Shown here: positions 10,232-19,923 of the stretch, piece by piece
Position numbering within the stretch: the first letter of the stretch is position 1
How the letters are laid out: every line of letters starts with the position of its first letter
Assembly (NCBI GenBank): GCA_903836325.1
Contig: CAILQE010000002.1
Span: 1-56,708 of the forward strand
DNA length: 56,708 nt
Reading direction: 5' to 3'
Source: an uncultured Candidatus Saccharibacteria bacterium
GTDB taxonomy: Bacteria; Patescibacteriota; Saccharimonadia; Saccharimonadales; UBA4665
Position numbers and translations under genes: made by a program
Notes under the pieces: generated by a model
Seen by the model: the letters and a program-made list of their open reading frames with translations, nothing else
Database searches by the model: none
What the model was told of the DNA's origin: nothing

Positions 10232-10600
10232 TTACTCTAAAGCTTTTATCTGTTCGTGATTTAGTCCAAAATAATGTGCAATTTCATGCCAGATTGTGTG
10301 TCTTATATTGTTTTTTAGTTCTTCCTCATTAGAACTTATTGATTCTAGCGGAATTTTAAATAAAGTGATTTTATCAGGAAGAATCTTAGTGCCTCCTTGC
10401 CTATGACTTAGAGGCACCCCTTCATATAATCCTAATAGGGTTTGATCATCCCTAAGACTATTTTTTTCTCTTTGTTCTAATGTTGGTAGATCTTGTTTAA
10501 GTATTGCCACATTTTCAAGATACTTGAGATGGCTTTTAGGTAAACTACCTATAGATTGATTTATTAAATCTTCAAATATTTCATCTGTTACTATATGCAT
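10232..10600 (-). CDS. Small zincin-like metallopeptidase family protein
   Basis: 122 aa with a C-terminal HExxH (WHEIAHYFG). Abuts the lysS stop. Confidence 0.55.
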   Translation of the reverse strand: MHIVTDEIFEDLINQSIGSLPKSHLKYLENVAILKQDLPTLEQREKNSLRDDQTLLGLYEGVPLSHRQGGTKILPDKITLFKIPLESISSNEEELKNNIRHTIWHEIAHYFGLNHEQIKALE

Positions 10601-12112
10601 TTATTTAAACAGTTCTGGATAAACAGTTTTGGTAACTTCATCTGTTTCTCTTCTCAAATGAGGAAATGGAACTCCCTCACGGGCAGTTACACCTTCCAAA
10701 CTCCAGAAGAATCTCTCTGAATATCCCCAACCGCATGTAGGAGGCATTCCATATTCAAGCATTTCAACAAAATCTATATCTAACATTTGAGCTTCGTCAT
10801 CTCCCTTGTCTCTCATATCTTGCTGTTCAGAAAATCTTTTAAGTTGCTCGAGGGGGTTATTTAGCTCAGAATATCCGTTACCCATTTCGGTTCCTCCAAT
10901 AATTGGATGGAATCTTTGAGATACTTTAGGATTATTTGGATCTTGTTTAGCTAAAGGCGATATTTCAACTGGTTCAAAAATTAACCAGAAAGGTCCAGGA
11001 CTTCTTCTTCTAATAATTTTCCAAACGCTGTCTAGAGCTCTGTTAAGGTTAATAGGGCCGTCTAATTCTACTTTATTATCCTTGAGTATCTGTTTCAGTT
11101 CGTCTAGCTTAGGATCGAATACATCTACTCCAAAATTGTCTTTCATTATTTGTGCATATTCTACCCTTGGCCACTCTTGTTCTAAATCTATTTCAAATTC
11201 ACCTACTTTAAATCTTAAAGTTCCCCAAGTTTCTTTAGCAACATACTTCATCAATCCTTCATAAAAATTAATTCCTTCATTGTAGTCTTGGTATGCTGAA
11301 TAACTCTCCATAGCAACATGCTCTGGAAGATGTTCATCAGAATAATTTTCGTTTCTAAATCTAGGTCCAATATCATAAACCTTTTCAAAACCAGCTCCAA
11401 TTAATCTCTTGAGGGGTAATTCCTGACTTATTCTAAGAAAGAATTCGGTATCTAGTGCGTCCATATGTGTCACAAAAGGCTTTGCATCTGCTCCGCCGGT
11501 TGTATGCTCAAGTACTGGTGTGTTTATCTCTATAAATCCATTATCATTCAAATAGTCTCTCGTAGCCTTCCAGAATTTACTTCTCCTAATAAATCTTTCC
11601 CTAACATCATTATTCACGTTCATATCCACATATCTTCGTCTTAGTCTTTCCTCTTTATTTGAGAAACCGTCTTGTTTAGTAGGAAGAGCTCTAAGTGATT
11701 TCGTGAGTATTCTATAGCTACTTACTTCCACGGATATTTCACCAGTCTTAGTTTTGATAACCTTGCCACAAGCTTCAATAAAATCTCCACTGTCTAGTAA
11801 TGGGATATGGCTGAATGATAGCTGACTTTTATCTTTACCGTCCGGTTCAGCTACTTTATCTGCTCCTAAAAATAATTGAATCTGAGCATTTTGATCCTCG
11901 ATTACGAAAAAAGCAATTTTTCCAAATTTTCTAATATTTTTAATTCTACCTGCAACATCTACATCTTTACCTTCAAGTTTTGAAAAATCTTCAACTATAT
12001 CAGAAAGCTTATTAGAACGATTTGAATTTGCTGGGAATGGTTCAATTCCTAATTTAAATAGTTCGTCTAGTTTTCTTATGCGCTCATTACGTAATTCTTT
12101 TAATGTTGCCAT
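10601..12112 (-). CDS. lysS: Lysyl-tRNA synthetase (class II)
   Basis: 503 aa with an N-terminal OB anticodon-binding domain and a class II core (FRNE, GGTEMGNGYSELN). Confidence 0.95.
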   Translation of the reverse strand: MATLKELRNERIRKLDELFKLGIEPFPANSNRSNKLSDIVEDFSKLEGKDVDVAGRIKNIRKFGKIAFFVIEDQNAQIQLFLGADKVAEPDGKDKSQLSFSHIPLLDSGDFIEACGKVIKTKTGEISVEVSSYRILTKSLRALPTKQDGFSNKEERLRRRYVDMNVNNDVRERFIRRSKFWKATRDYLNDNGFIEINTPVLEHTTGGADAKPFVTHMDALDTEFFLRISQELPLKRLIGAGFEKVYDIGPRFRNENYSDEHLPEHVAMESYSAYQDYNEGINFYEGLMKYVAKETWGTLRFKVGEFEIDLEQEWPRVEYAQIMKDNFGVDVFDPKLDELKQILKDNKVELDGPINLNRALDSVWKIIRRRSPGPFWLIFEPVEISPLAKQDPNNPKVSQRFHPIIGGTEMGNGYSELNNPLEQLKRFSEQQDMRDKGDDEAQMLDIDFVEMLEYGMPPTCGWGYSERFFWSLEGVTAREGVPFPHLRRETDEVTKTVYPELFK

Positions 12113-12146
12113 GTCAGAATAAGTATACTTTTTAACTGTTATTTAT

Positions 12147-12674
12147 TCAATTTTTTAAGTATTTAGAATAGGAATCTTTGAATTTTTTTAATTTAGGATT
12201 AATTATAATTTGGCAGTATCCTGATTCAGGATTTTTATTGAAGTAGTCCTGATGATATTCTTCAGCTCTATAAAATTTATCTAATTTTACTAACTCGGTA
12301 ACCACTTTATCTTCCCAAATCTTTGAAACTTCTATTAAAATGTCTTCGGCTATTTTTTTCTGGTCTTCATCTAGGTAAAAAATAGCTGATCTATACTGAG
12401 TACCGACATCATTGCCCTGTTTATTTAGTGTCGTAGGATCATGCAACGCGAAAAATATCTCTAGAATTTCTTTATAGCTAATATACTGGTTATCAAAAAC
12501 AATTCTGATTGTTTCGGCATGTCCTGTGTTTCCAGTCCCAACTTCCTCATAACTTGGATTTTCATTATTACCTCCAGCATAACCACTCTCCACTAGATCA
12601 ACACCTCTAACCATTCTAAACGCAGCGTCTAGACACCAAAAACATCCGCCCGCTAAATAAGCTTCATTTTTCAT
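12147..12674 (-). CDS. msrA: Peptide-methionine (S)-S-oxide reductase MsrA
   Basis: Catalytic GGCFWC motif at the N-terminus; 175 aa. Confidence 0.93.
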   Translation of the reverse strand: MKNEAYLAGGCFWCLDAAFRMVRGVDLVESGYAGGNNENPSYEEVGTGNTGHAETIRIVFDNQYISYKEILEIFFALHDPTTLNKQGNDVGTQYRSAIFYLDEDQKKIAEDILIEVSKIWEDKVVTELVKLDKFYRAEEYHQDYFNKNPESGYCQIIINPKLKKFKDSYSKYLKN

Positions 12675-12839
12675 TAAATTTTAGTACTCATGAATTTATC
12701 CATATTGGTATCACCTAATTGGAACTTTTCTTTATTTAAAGTATTGAAAGTTTCTAACATTTTTTTATTTTTTATTAAACAAATATATGAATATACATTA
12801 GCATAATAAGGGTTATTTTAAAAGAGTAAAGATAGGTTT

Positions 12840-13418
12840 CTATTTAGCTGCTTTTAAAGCTTTAGCATACCAAACTAGATCATTTAGCATTGTATTCACA
12901 GTGGTGTGTGGACCGTACTGCAGTTCCTTAAGTTCCTTTATCAAATTACCTTCCTCGTCAATATTTCCAGCTATGAAGTGGTTAAAGTGTAGGTTGATTG
13001 GCACTATAACAGCCTGACATTCTGATAAAATCATCTTTAGATGTTCTGCGGCTCGAGCACCACCAACACTCCCATGAGTTGCTACTGCTGCGGGCTTACG
13101 GTTTAGTTCATATGCTGTGTAGTCTAGTGCATTTTTGAGAACACCCGATAATGAGTGGTTATATTCAGGTGTTACAAAAACATAACCATCAGCCTCTGCT
13201 AATTTATCGAGAAACTTCTTAACATCACCTTCTACCTTACGATCTGGATTGTATCTCGGCGATACGGCTTCGTTAAAAAGTGGAAGATCAAAATCAACTA
13301 AATCTACCATCTCCACTTCAACATCCTCTAAATCACGAGCTGATGACTCAATCCATTTTGAGAATTGTAAAGATTTTCTTCCTTCTCTTGTGCTTCCAAT
13401 AACTATTTGTAGTTTCAT
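12840..13418 (-). CDS. NADPH-dependent FMN reductase family protein
   Basis: 192-aa flavodoxin-like fold. N-terminal MKLQIVIGSTREGRKS and TPEYNHSLSGVLKNALD are typical of this family. Confidence 0.75.
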   Translation of the reverse strand: MKLQIVIGSTREGRKSLQFSKWIESSARDLEDVEVEMVDLVDFDLPLFNEAVSPRYNPDRKVEGDVKKFLDKLAEADGYVFVTPEYNHSLSGVLKNALDYTAYELNRKPAAVATHGSVGGARAAEHLKMILSECQAVIVPINLHFNHFIAGNIDEEGNLIKELKELQYGPHTTVNTMLNDLVWYAKALKAAK

Positions 13419-13614
13419 ATATACTCCCTCTTTTTAATAAATACTATTCTTTATACAGTCTTAATATAATAATGACATTAATATACAAAGTAAAGTATAA
13501 ATATTAGAAAATAATAATTTATAGTTTAATCAATAAAGAACGTAACTTAATTTTTCTCCTCAAAAAGTTAGCTTCTTAGGTAAATTAATATCACGAAACA
13601 GATTGGGTCAATCT

Positions 13615-14004
13615 CTAGCTTTTATCAAAATCTAAAGATAGTGAATTAATGCAATATCTTTTGCCGCCATGCTCACTTGGTCCGTCATCAAATACGTGAC
13701 CTAAGTGACTATCACAAACTCCACATTTAACTTCAGTTCTAGTCATACCAAGTGAAGTATCATCTATTAATTTTATCTTCGAGTTATCTGTGGCTTCCCA
13801 GAAACTAGGCCAGCCGCAACCAGCTTCATATTTACTTTTACTTGAGAACAAAATACTTCCACATCCAGCACATTTATATTCTCCGGTTTTCCAGAAATCA
13901 TCAAATTCACCCGAGAATGGTGGTTCTGTATCTGCTTCTCTTAGAATTTTATATTGATTTGGTTTTAATTTTTTTTGAAAATACTCATCAGTAAAATCTG
14001 TCAT
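13615..14004 (-). CDS. msrB: Peptide-methionine (R)-S-oxide reductase MsrB
   Basis: SelR domain with two CxxC zinc pairs (CAGCGS, CGVCDS) and the catalytic RYCINS. Confidence 0.93.
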   Translation of the reverse strand: MTDFTDEYFQKKLKPNQYKILREADTEPPFSGEFDDFWKTGEYKCAGCGSILFSSKSKYEAGCGWPSFWEATDNSKIKLIDDTSLGMTRTEVKCGVCDSHLGHVFDDGPSEHGGKRYCINSLSLDFDKS

Positions 14005-14008
14005 AAAT

Positions 14009-14467
14009 TTAAGATATTGCTTCTACTTTATAAGTTTGAATATCTACTGCAGTTTTAATTTCAACTAAATCTCCGACTTTCTTCCCGATAAGAGCTGCCC
14101 CGATTGGAGATTCGTCAGATATCTTACCATTTAAAGGATCTGCTTCTACAGTTCCTACTATTTTGAATTCTTTTTTAACGTTACCATTTTTCAATTTAAC
14201 GTTAGTTCCTAGTTGAACTTTATTGTCTCCTTTAGGTTTCTTAATCAATTCTACATTCTTCAATATATTTTCTACTTCACTGATTCGATTTTCATTCTGT
14301 TCTTGTTCTACTCTTGCGGTTTGGTATTCTGAGTTTTCTTTAAGATCACCTAATTCACGAGCAGCTTTGATAGCTTCAGCAATTTTAGGCTTTTTGGCAA
14401 TTAGCAACACTAATTCTTTTTCTAACTCCCCAACACCTTCACTAGTTAAATGAAATACTTTTCTCAT
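14009..14467 (-). CDS. greA: Transcription elongation factor GreA
   Basis: 152 aa with an N-terminal coiled coil carrying acidic tip residues (DLKENSEY) and a C-terminal FKBP-like domain. Confidence 0.9.
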   Translation of the reverse strand: MRKVFHLTSEGVGELEKELVLLIAKKPKIAEAIKAARELGDLKENSEYQTARVEQEQNENRISEVENILKNVELIKKPKGDNKVQLGTNVKLKNGNVKKEFKIVGTVEADPLNGKISDESPIGAALIGKKVGDLVEIKTAVDIQTYKVEAIS

Positions 14468-14523
14468 CTGTAACTTCCTCGTTATTTATTAGACTATATT
14501 AAACACTACATCAAATTGTATTG

Positions 14524-15771
14524 CTACGCAATATATTTAAGTAGTTCTTGCATAGATAAAATATGTAAACTATCTTCATTTCTAGCTTTTAGTTCATATT
14601 TCTTCTCTGCAAGATTCTTCTCACTCACAACAACCCTATATGGAATACCTAGTAGATCAGCATCAGCAAATTTTTCTCCAGGTCTTAGGTCTCTATCGTC
14701 ATATATAACTTTAATACCCTTAGCGGTTAATTCGTCATATGCTTCATCAGCAGCTTTTACAACTTCAGAATCATTACCAATATTAATTAAGTAGACGATT
14801 GCTGGAGCTACTTCTTTTGGCCATGACAAACCTTTTTCGTCTGAAAAATGTTCTGCTAAAAGTCCCATCATTCTACTGACCCCAATTCCATAGCAACCCA
14901 TAACTATATCTTGTTTTTTTCCATTTTCATCTATGTAGTCCAGACCTAATTCTTTAGTGTACTTAGTTCCTAAAGAGAATATATTACCAACTTCAACTGC
15001 TTTTCTTTCTACTAATTTAGATTTATCTAATCCTAGTTTTTTCAAAACATCATCCTTATATACTTCTTTGTTGATGGCAATTCTCTTCTCTTCATCCACA
15101 TAGATAGTATCTTCACCTACTTCACTCAGTGTCTGGAATTCGTCACTGAATTCTGAAAATATTCCACCATCGGCATAAGTTCTATACGTAATATCTCCTA
15201 CTCCAAATCTAGAATAAATCTTTAAATAAACGTCAGCCATTTCTTCATAATATTTTTTGTGGTCATCTTCGCTTTTAGAGAAAGAGTATTGATCTTTCAT
15301 AAGTAGTTCTCGAGATCGCATCAACCCACTCTTGGCTCTTATTTCATTTCTGAATTTAGTTTGCACCTGATAAACGGCAAAAGGTAAATCTTTATATGAA
15401 CTTACAAATGGTAATAAAGAATTAATTACCGGTTCTTCATGAGTCAATCCTAATCCAAGTTCTTGTCCATTAGCTAGCTTGGTCTTAAACCAATTGTCTA
15501 CCAACTTATCGTCCCATCTTCCAGTCTTTTCCCATAGTTCACGGGATTGAAGACTGCTCATTTGGACTTCAAAAGCTCCAGTTTTATTAATTTCTTCACG
15601 AACAATATTGGCAATATTATCTAGTACTATCTTTCCTAAAGGAAGATAGCTGTACACTCCAGACATTTCTTTGTGAACATAGCCTGCCCTAATTAATAAT
15701 TGAGCATTCTTAGATTCCTCTTCTGAAGGAACCATCTTTGATGTTCTAGTAACTAATTTAGTTAATCTCAA
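14524..15771 (-). CDS. proS: Prolyl-tRNA synthetase, bacterial-type core lacking the INS editing domain
   Basis: Class II motifs (FRNEIRAKSGLMRSRELLMKD; GCYGIGVSRMMG) in only 415 aa. About 35 aa separate the motif-2 region from the motif-3 region, where E. coli ProRS has a ~180-aa insertion. Confidence 0.9.
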   Translation of the reverse strand: MRLTKLVTRTSKMVPSEEESKNAQLLIRAGYVHKEMSGVYSYLPLGKIVLDNIANIVREEINKTGAFEVQMSSLQSRELWEKTGRWDDKLVDNWFKTKLANGQELGLGLTHEEPVINSLLPFVSSYKDLPFAVYQVQTKFRNEIRAKSGLMRSRELLMKDQYSFSKSEDDHKKYYEEMADVYLKIYSRFGVGDITYRTYADGGIFSEFSDEFQTLSEVGEDTIYVDEEKRIAINKEVYKDDVLKKLGLDKSKLVERKAVEVGNIFSLGTKYTKELGLDYIDENGKKQDIVMGCYGIGVSRMMGLLAEHFSDEKGLSWPKEVAPAIVYLINIGNDSEVVKAADEAYDELTAKGIKVIYDDRDLRPGEKFADADLLGIPYRVVVSEKNLAEKKYELKARNEDSLHILSMQELLKYIA

Positions 15772-15810
15772 TTTAATACTCCAATTCTTAAACTGAATTA
15801 TATCATACGA

Positions 15811-16590
15811 TTACTTAATAAAAACTGTTGTGGATGCAAAAACATAGAGAGATAAGAATGCTACAAAATTCTTTAAACCATGAGCAAACATTCCAGCATA
15901 TAATCCTCCGGTTTTTTCCCTAAAATATATTAATGTCATCGATAGAATAAATGTATCTATAAATCCTATCCACAGTAATCCGCCCACGCCTTCAGGTAAA
16001 TGAGCGGCCCCAAAAAATAAACTAGCAAGTAATGCCGCGATTATTTTTGGTGAAAATTTCTTGAATGATCCATATAGAAATCCTCTTACCATTATCTCTT
16101 CCGCAATTGGGGGCAGGATGACTAAGCTTATAAAAGCTAATGTCATAGCTAAAGTTCCTGCTGAAGAAGAAAAACCAACATTTTGTTTTTGAGACACATT
16201 AAGTGCCGGATAAATTAATCTAACTATTACTACTGTAACGAGAAAAACTGCGAAATAAATTATATAAGCCAGAGTTCCATATAATAAATCTGTAAATTTA
16301 AATTTTCTTAAACCTACTAGATTAAGTTTTGCGTTATATAACTTAGCAAATCCAATTAAGACTGCCACTGTTAAGAACTCAGCCAGAAATACATATATGA
16401 ATTGATGAAATGACGTACTACTCAACCAATCAATAGCTTGCTTATAAGTTTTTCCTTCGATCAAAGGAATTATTATTATAGCTAGAGCAGCTAATATCTG
16501 AACTACGAAGAAAGACGCTAGAACTACAAATACTCCTATAAATCCATTCCAAGGTACAAGATTTTCTTTATCCAATTCAAAAATTTTCAC
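15811..16590 (-). CDS. CPBP family intramembrane glutamic endopeptidase (CAAX protease/Abi-like)
   Basis: Polytopic membrane protein with the EExxxR motif (AEEIMVRGFLY) and a downstream FxxAxxH (FGAAH). Confidence 0.75.
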   Translation of the reverse strand: MKIFELDKENLVPWNGFIGVFVVLASFFVVQILAALAIIIIPLIEGKTYKQAIDWLSSTSFHQFIYVFLAEFLTVAVLIGFAKLYNAKLNLVGLRKFKFTDLLYGTLAYIIYFAVFLVTVVIVRLIYPALNVSQKQNVGFSSSAGTLAMTLAFISLVILPPIAEEIMVRGFLYGSFKKFSPKIIAALLASLFFGAAHLPEGVGGLLWIGFIDTFILSMTLIYFREKTGGLYAGMFAHGLKNFVAFLSLYVFASTTVFIK

Positions 16591-16591
16591 C

Positions 16592-17785
16592 CTAGAACCA
16601 GCCTATCCATTTCAAATCTAAATAAACCGTAATAAATACTAAGGCAAGTATGAATAAGAATCCGAAAGTATTCACTTTTTCTTCAGATTTTTTAGTCAAA
16701 GGTCTCTTAATTCCTCTGGTAACCAATAACAGGAACAGTCTTCCTCCATCCAAAGGTATTATTGGAAGTACATTTATAAGAGCTAGAGTTAATGAAATTA
16801 TTGCAAGAATATAAATACAGTATCTAATTCCATCATGGCTCAGCTTATTTAGTAAATAAACTATGAGAACTATTCCGTGAAGTTGCGAAGCGGATGTCTC
16901 GGCGTTTGATGTTGCGATTTTATTATGTGTCACATTACCACTTAGGATGCCCACACCGCCTTTTACTATATTCCAAAGTCCCTGATAAGTTAAAACGCTA
17001 GCTTGCTTAGTTATCATTAAGGCAACAATCGGTGCAGAATATGTGTATCTGTAATAAGTATTTAGTCCGCTTTGATCGCTAAGCTCAACTCCTAAATAGC
17101 CTTTAGGGCTTGAGGTGTTTTTGCTATCCTGAACAGTCTTTGCGCTATTTAGCTGAACATTAACCTCATTAGTTTTACCGGATCTAGAATAGCTAACAAG
17201 TACGGAATCTCCCGCTAATTGTTTTGTTAGATTCTGCAACTGCACTACTTCAATAATCTTTGTAAGATGTCCCCTGTCTATACCGAGAGCCAAAATTGAA
17301 TCACCAGACTTAAGTCCAGCTTGACTAGCTGGTGAATTTTTCATGACATTACTAATAGCTACATTGGCGAATGAAGTATGAATTACCTTTTCATCATTTT
17401 TAACCGTAAATTGATTCTGGAAAGAATGCGGCATTCCAATTAGAGCAGAAATAAAGAGCAGTACTATGCCCATTACGAAATTAATTAGTACACCCGCTAA
17501 CAATATCTTAACTTTTACCCAGAGACTGGCTTTTCCATATCCACCTTCCTGAGTATCTGAATCATGTTCACCTTTTAATTTTACATATCCACCAAGTGGA
17601 AAAATTCCAATTTTAAATATCCATCCTGCTTTAGTCTTTCTCTTGTAGATAGAGGGTCCAAAGAAAATACTGTATTCTTCTACTTCTACACCATTTCTAA
17701 TAGCAGCAATTAAATGTCCATATTCATGGGCCGCAATAATTCCACATACAGAAAGCAAACAGAAAATAAAGATTAATATTGCCAT
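16592..17785 (-). CDS. rseP: Site-2 protease, M50 family (RseP/RasP-like)
   Basis: HExxH in TM1 (AHEYGHLIAA), a central PDZ-like segment and a C-terminal LDG motif (PIIPLDGG). Confidence 0.85.
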   Translation of the reverse strand: MAILIFIFCLLSVCGIIAAHEYGHLIAAIRNGVEVEEYSIFFGPSIYKRKTKAGWIFKIGIFPLGGYVKLKGEHDSDTQEGGYGKASLWVKVKILLAGVLINFVMGIVLLFISALIGMPHSFQNQFTVKNDEKVIHTSFANVAISNVMKNSPASQAGLKSGDSILALGIDRGHLTKIIEVVQLQNLTKQLAGDSVLVSYSRSGKTNEVNVQLNSAKTVQDSKNTSSPKGYLGVELSDQSGLNTYYRYTYSAPIVALMITKQASVLTYQGLWNIVKGGVGILSGNVTHNKIATSNAETSASQLHGIVLIVYLLNKLSHDGIRYCIYILAIISLTLALINVLPIIPLDGGRLFLLLVTRGIKRPLTKKSEEKVNTFGFLFILALVFITVYLDLKWIGWF

Positions 17786-17852
17786 AGCAGTAACTTAAGT
17801 ATCCCTCCGATTTATAACTATAAGTATTATAACAAGAATTCTTGAAACAGAG

Positions 17853-18416
17853 TTAGATTGTTAGTATTTCTTTTTCTTTTTCTTTTACTTGAATGTCTAG
17901 TTTAGTCTTAAACTTATTCATTTCCTCATCAATTAATTTTTCGGATCTAGAAGCGTCGTCTTCGCCGATCATTTTATCTTTCTTCAGTTGTGAAATCTTA
18001 TTAATCGATTCATGTCTTGCACTTCTACCTCTAACAGTAAATTCTTCCTGTTTAGAGCTAAGTTGTTTAACTAGTTCTTTTCTTCTCTCTTCAGTAAGAG
18101 ACGGGATAGGAATTCTAATCACCCTTCCGTCGTCAGTTGGATTTAGCGATAATGATTGATTATTCCTAATCGAATTACTAATAGCCTCGATATTATTATG
18201 ATCGAATGGAGTTAACTGAATCAAGGTAGCGTCTATAACACTAATTGTAGCCACTTGAATTAGGGGCATCTTAGCTCCGTATACTTCGGCCGTAATGCCG
18301 TCTAGCATAGAAGAATTAGCTCTACCTGTTCTAATTGATTTTATTTCGTCACTAAACTTATCCGCTATTTCGTTAAATTTAGTTACTGCTTCTTTAATTA
18401 TTGAGTTTGTATCCAT
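17853..18416 (-). CDS. frr: Ribosome recycling factor
   Basis: 187 aa with typical RRF sequence (IRTGRANSSMLD, LNP..DG..IRIPIP.LTEERR). Confidence 0.95.
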   Translation of the reverse strand: MDTNSIIKEAVTKFNEIADKFSDEIKSIRTGRANSSMLDGITAEVYGAKMPLIQVATISVIDATLIQLTPFDHNNIEAISNSIRNNQSLSLNPTDDGRVIRIPIPSLTEERRKELVKQLSSKQEEFTVRGRSARHESINKISQLKKDKMIGEDDASRSEKLIDEEMNKFKTKLDIQVKEKEKEILTI

Positions 18417-18437
18417 ACTATAAAATATAGCACTTTT

Positions 18438-19031
18438 CTAAAGTTCGCCTAATGCCATTCTAGAGAATCTTCTTAATACAATGTTTTCACCTAATCGTGC
18501 GTTATGTTCTTTCACGAAATCACCGACAGTTATATCTGGGTTCTTTACGAACGGTTGGTTAAGTAAACATTTTTCAGCAAAATATTTTTGTACTTGCCCA
18601 TCTACAATTTTAGCAATCATAGCTTCTGGCTTTCCTTCTTCTTTTGCTTTATCTTCTAATTCTTTCTTAACTTTAGCTCTAACATCTTCAGGTATGCTAG
18701 TTTCGTCTAAATATTCTGGGTTTGTAGCCGCAACATGCATTGCTAAATCTTTAACTAGATCTGTAAAAATTTCATTTCGAGCTACGAAATCAGTTTCGCA
18801 GTTAACTTCAACAATTACACCGATTCTATTATCGTGATTATATGTACCTATTACACCTTGTCTAGTTTCTCTTTCGCCTCTTTTTTCAGCTTTGGTCATT
18901 CCTTTTTTTCGCATAGCCTCTAGAGCCTTATCAAAATCACCTTTAGCATCCTCTAGGGCGCTCTTTGCGTCGGTTAATCCTACGCCAGTTAATTCTTTTA
19001 GTCTTTTAATGTCTTTAATGTCTAATGCCAT
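18438..19031 (-). CDS. tsf: Elongation factor Ts (short form)
   Basis: N-terminal UBA-like IKRLKELTGVGLTDAKSALE; 197 aa; immediately downstream of rpsB. Confidence 0.93.
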   Translation of the reverse strand: MALDIKDIKRLKELTGVGLTDAKSALEDAKGDFDKALEAMRKKGMTKAEKRGERETRQGVIGTYNHDNRIGVIVEVNCETDFVARNEIFTDLVKDLAMHVAATNPEYLDETSIPEDVRAKVKKELEDKAKEEGKPEAMIAKIVDGQVQKYFAEKCLLNQPFVKNPDITVGDFVKEHNARLGENIVLRRFSRMALGEL

Positions 19032-19039
19032 GTTGCCCC

Positions 19040-19744
19040 TTATTGTTTCTTAATTTTACTTTTACCTAAATCGATTGCTACTTTTATATAATCAGCAATT
19101 AATTGTATCGCCTTAATGGCGTCATCGTTTGCTGGAATAGGATATTTAACAAGTGTAGGATTAGCATTTGAATCACAAACTCCCACAACAGGAATCTTTA
19201 GTTTAGTAGCTTCTTTAACAGCTAAATTATCATTTACTATATCAAAAATAACTATTGCACCAGGTCTTGAATTCATTTCCTTTATTCCACCATAGAATGT
19301 ATTCATATGGTCAATTTCCTCTTGGAACCTTTGCACTTCAAGCTTGTTATATTTGTTTGCAAGCTCACCGTTAGCCATCCTAGCTTCAAGATCCTTAAGA
19401 TGCTTAACTCTTTCACCGATAGTGTTCCAGTTTGTAAGTACTCCACCCATCCAACGCTCTGTTACATAAGGCATTTTAGTTTCTTCAGCTAATTTCTTTA
19501 CTATAGCCTGACTCTGCCTTTTAGTACCTACCAAAAGTATTTGCTTTCCAGCAGCTGCAGTCTGAGTTAAAAATTCAGCTGCCTCTTCAATAGCCTGAGC
19601 AGTTTTTGTTAAATCAATAATGTGGATTCCATTCTTCTTTGAATGAATAAATGAAGCCATTTTAGGATGCCATCTTGATGTTTTGTGACCAAAATGAGCA
19701 CCAGATTCTAATAATTTCTTTAAGTCTACTTCTGTAGTAGCCAT
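19040..19744 (-). CDS. rpsB: 30S ribosomal protein S2
   Basis: 234 aa with GAHFGHKTSRWHPKM and the conserved rpsB-tsf pairing. Confidence 0.97.
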   Translation of the reverse strand: MATTEVDLKKLLESGAHFGHKTSRWHPKMASFIHSKKNGIHIIDLTKTAQAIEEAAEFLTQTAAAGKQILLVGTKRQSQAIVKKLAEETKMPYVTERWMGGVLTNWNTIGERVKHLKDLEARMANGELANKYNKLEVQRFQEEIDHMNTFYGGIKEMNSRPGAIVIFDIVNDNLAVKEATKLKIPVVGVCDSNANPTLVKYPIPANDDAIKAIQLIADYIKVAIDLGKSKIKKQ

Positions 19745-19881
19745 ATTAAAATTCCTTTCTCTTCGACTGGATGCTTCTTATACTACTTTTAGATTAATGT
19801 AAGAAGAGGAAAAAATTCCAGCCTGATTAATTTGTAATAGGAATATTCTATCATCTTATCTTTAAATAATCAATTTTCTTA

Positions 19882-19910
19882 TTGACCGTGCTCTCAAGGT
19901 GTTATATACT
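19882..19910 (+). promoter_or_regulatory. Sigma-70-like promoter for rpmE (TTGACC-17-TATACT)
   Basis: -35 at 19882-19887 and -10 at 19905-19910 with a 17-nt spacer. The -10 ends 13 nt before the ATG and no SD is visible, implying a very short leader. Confidence 0.45.
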
Positions 19911-19923
19911 AACGTTCTAAGTT

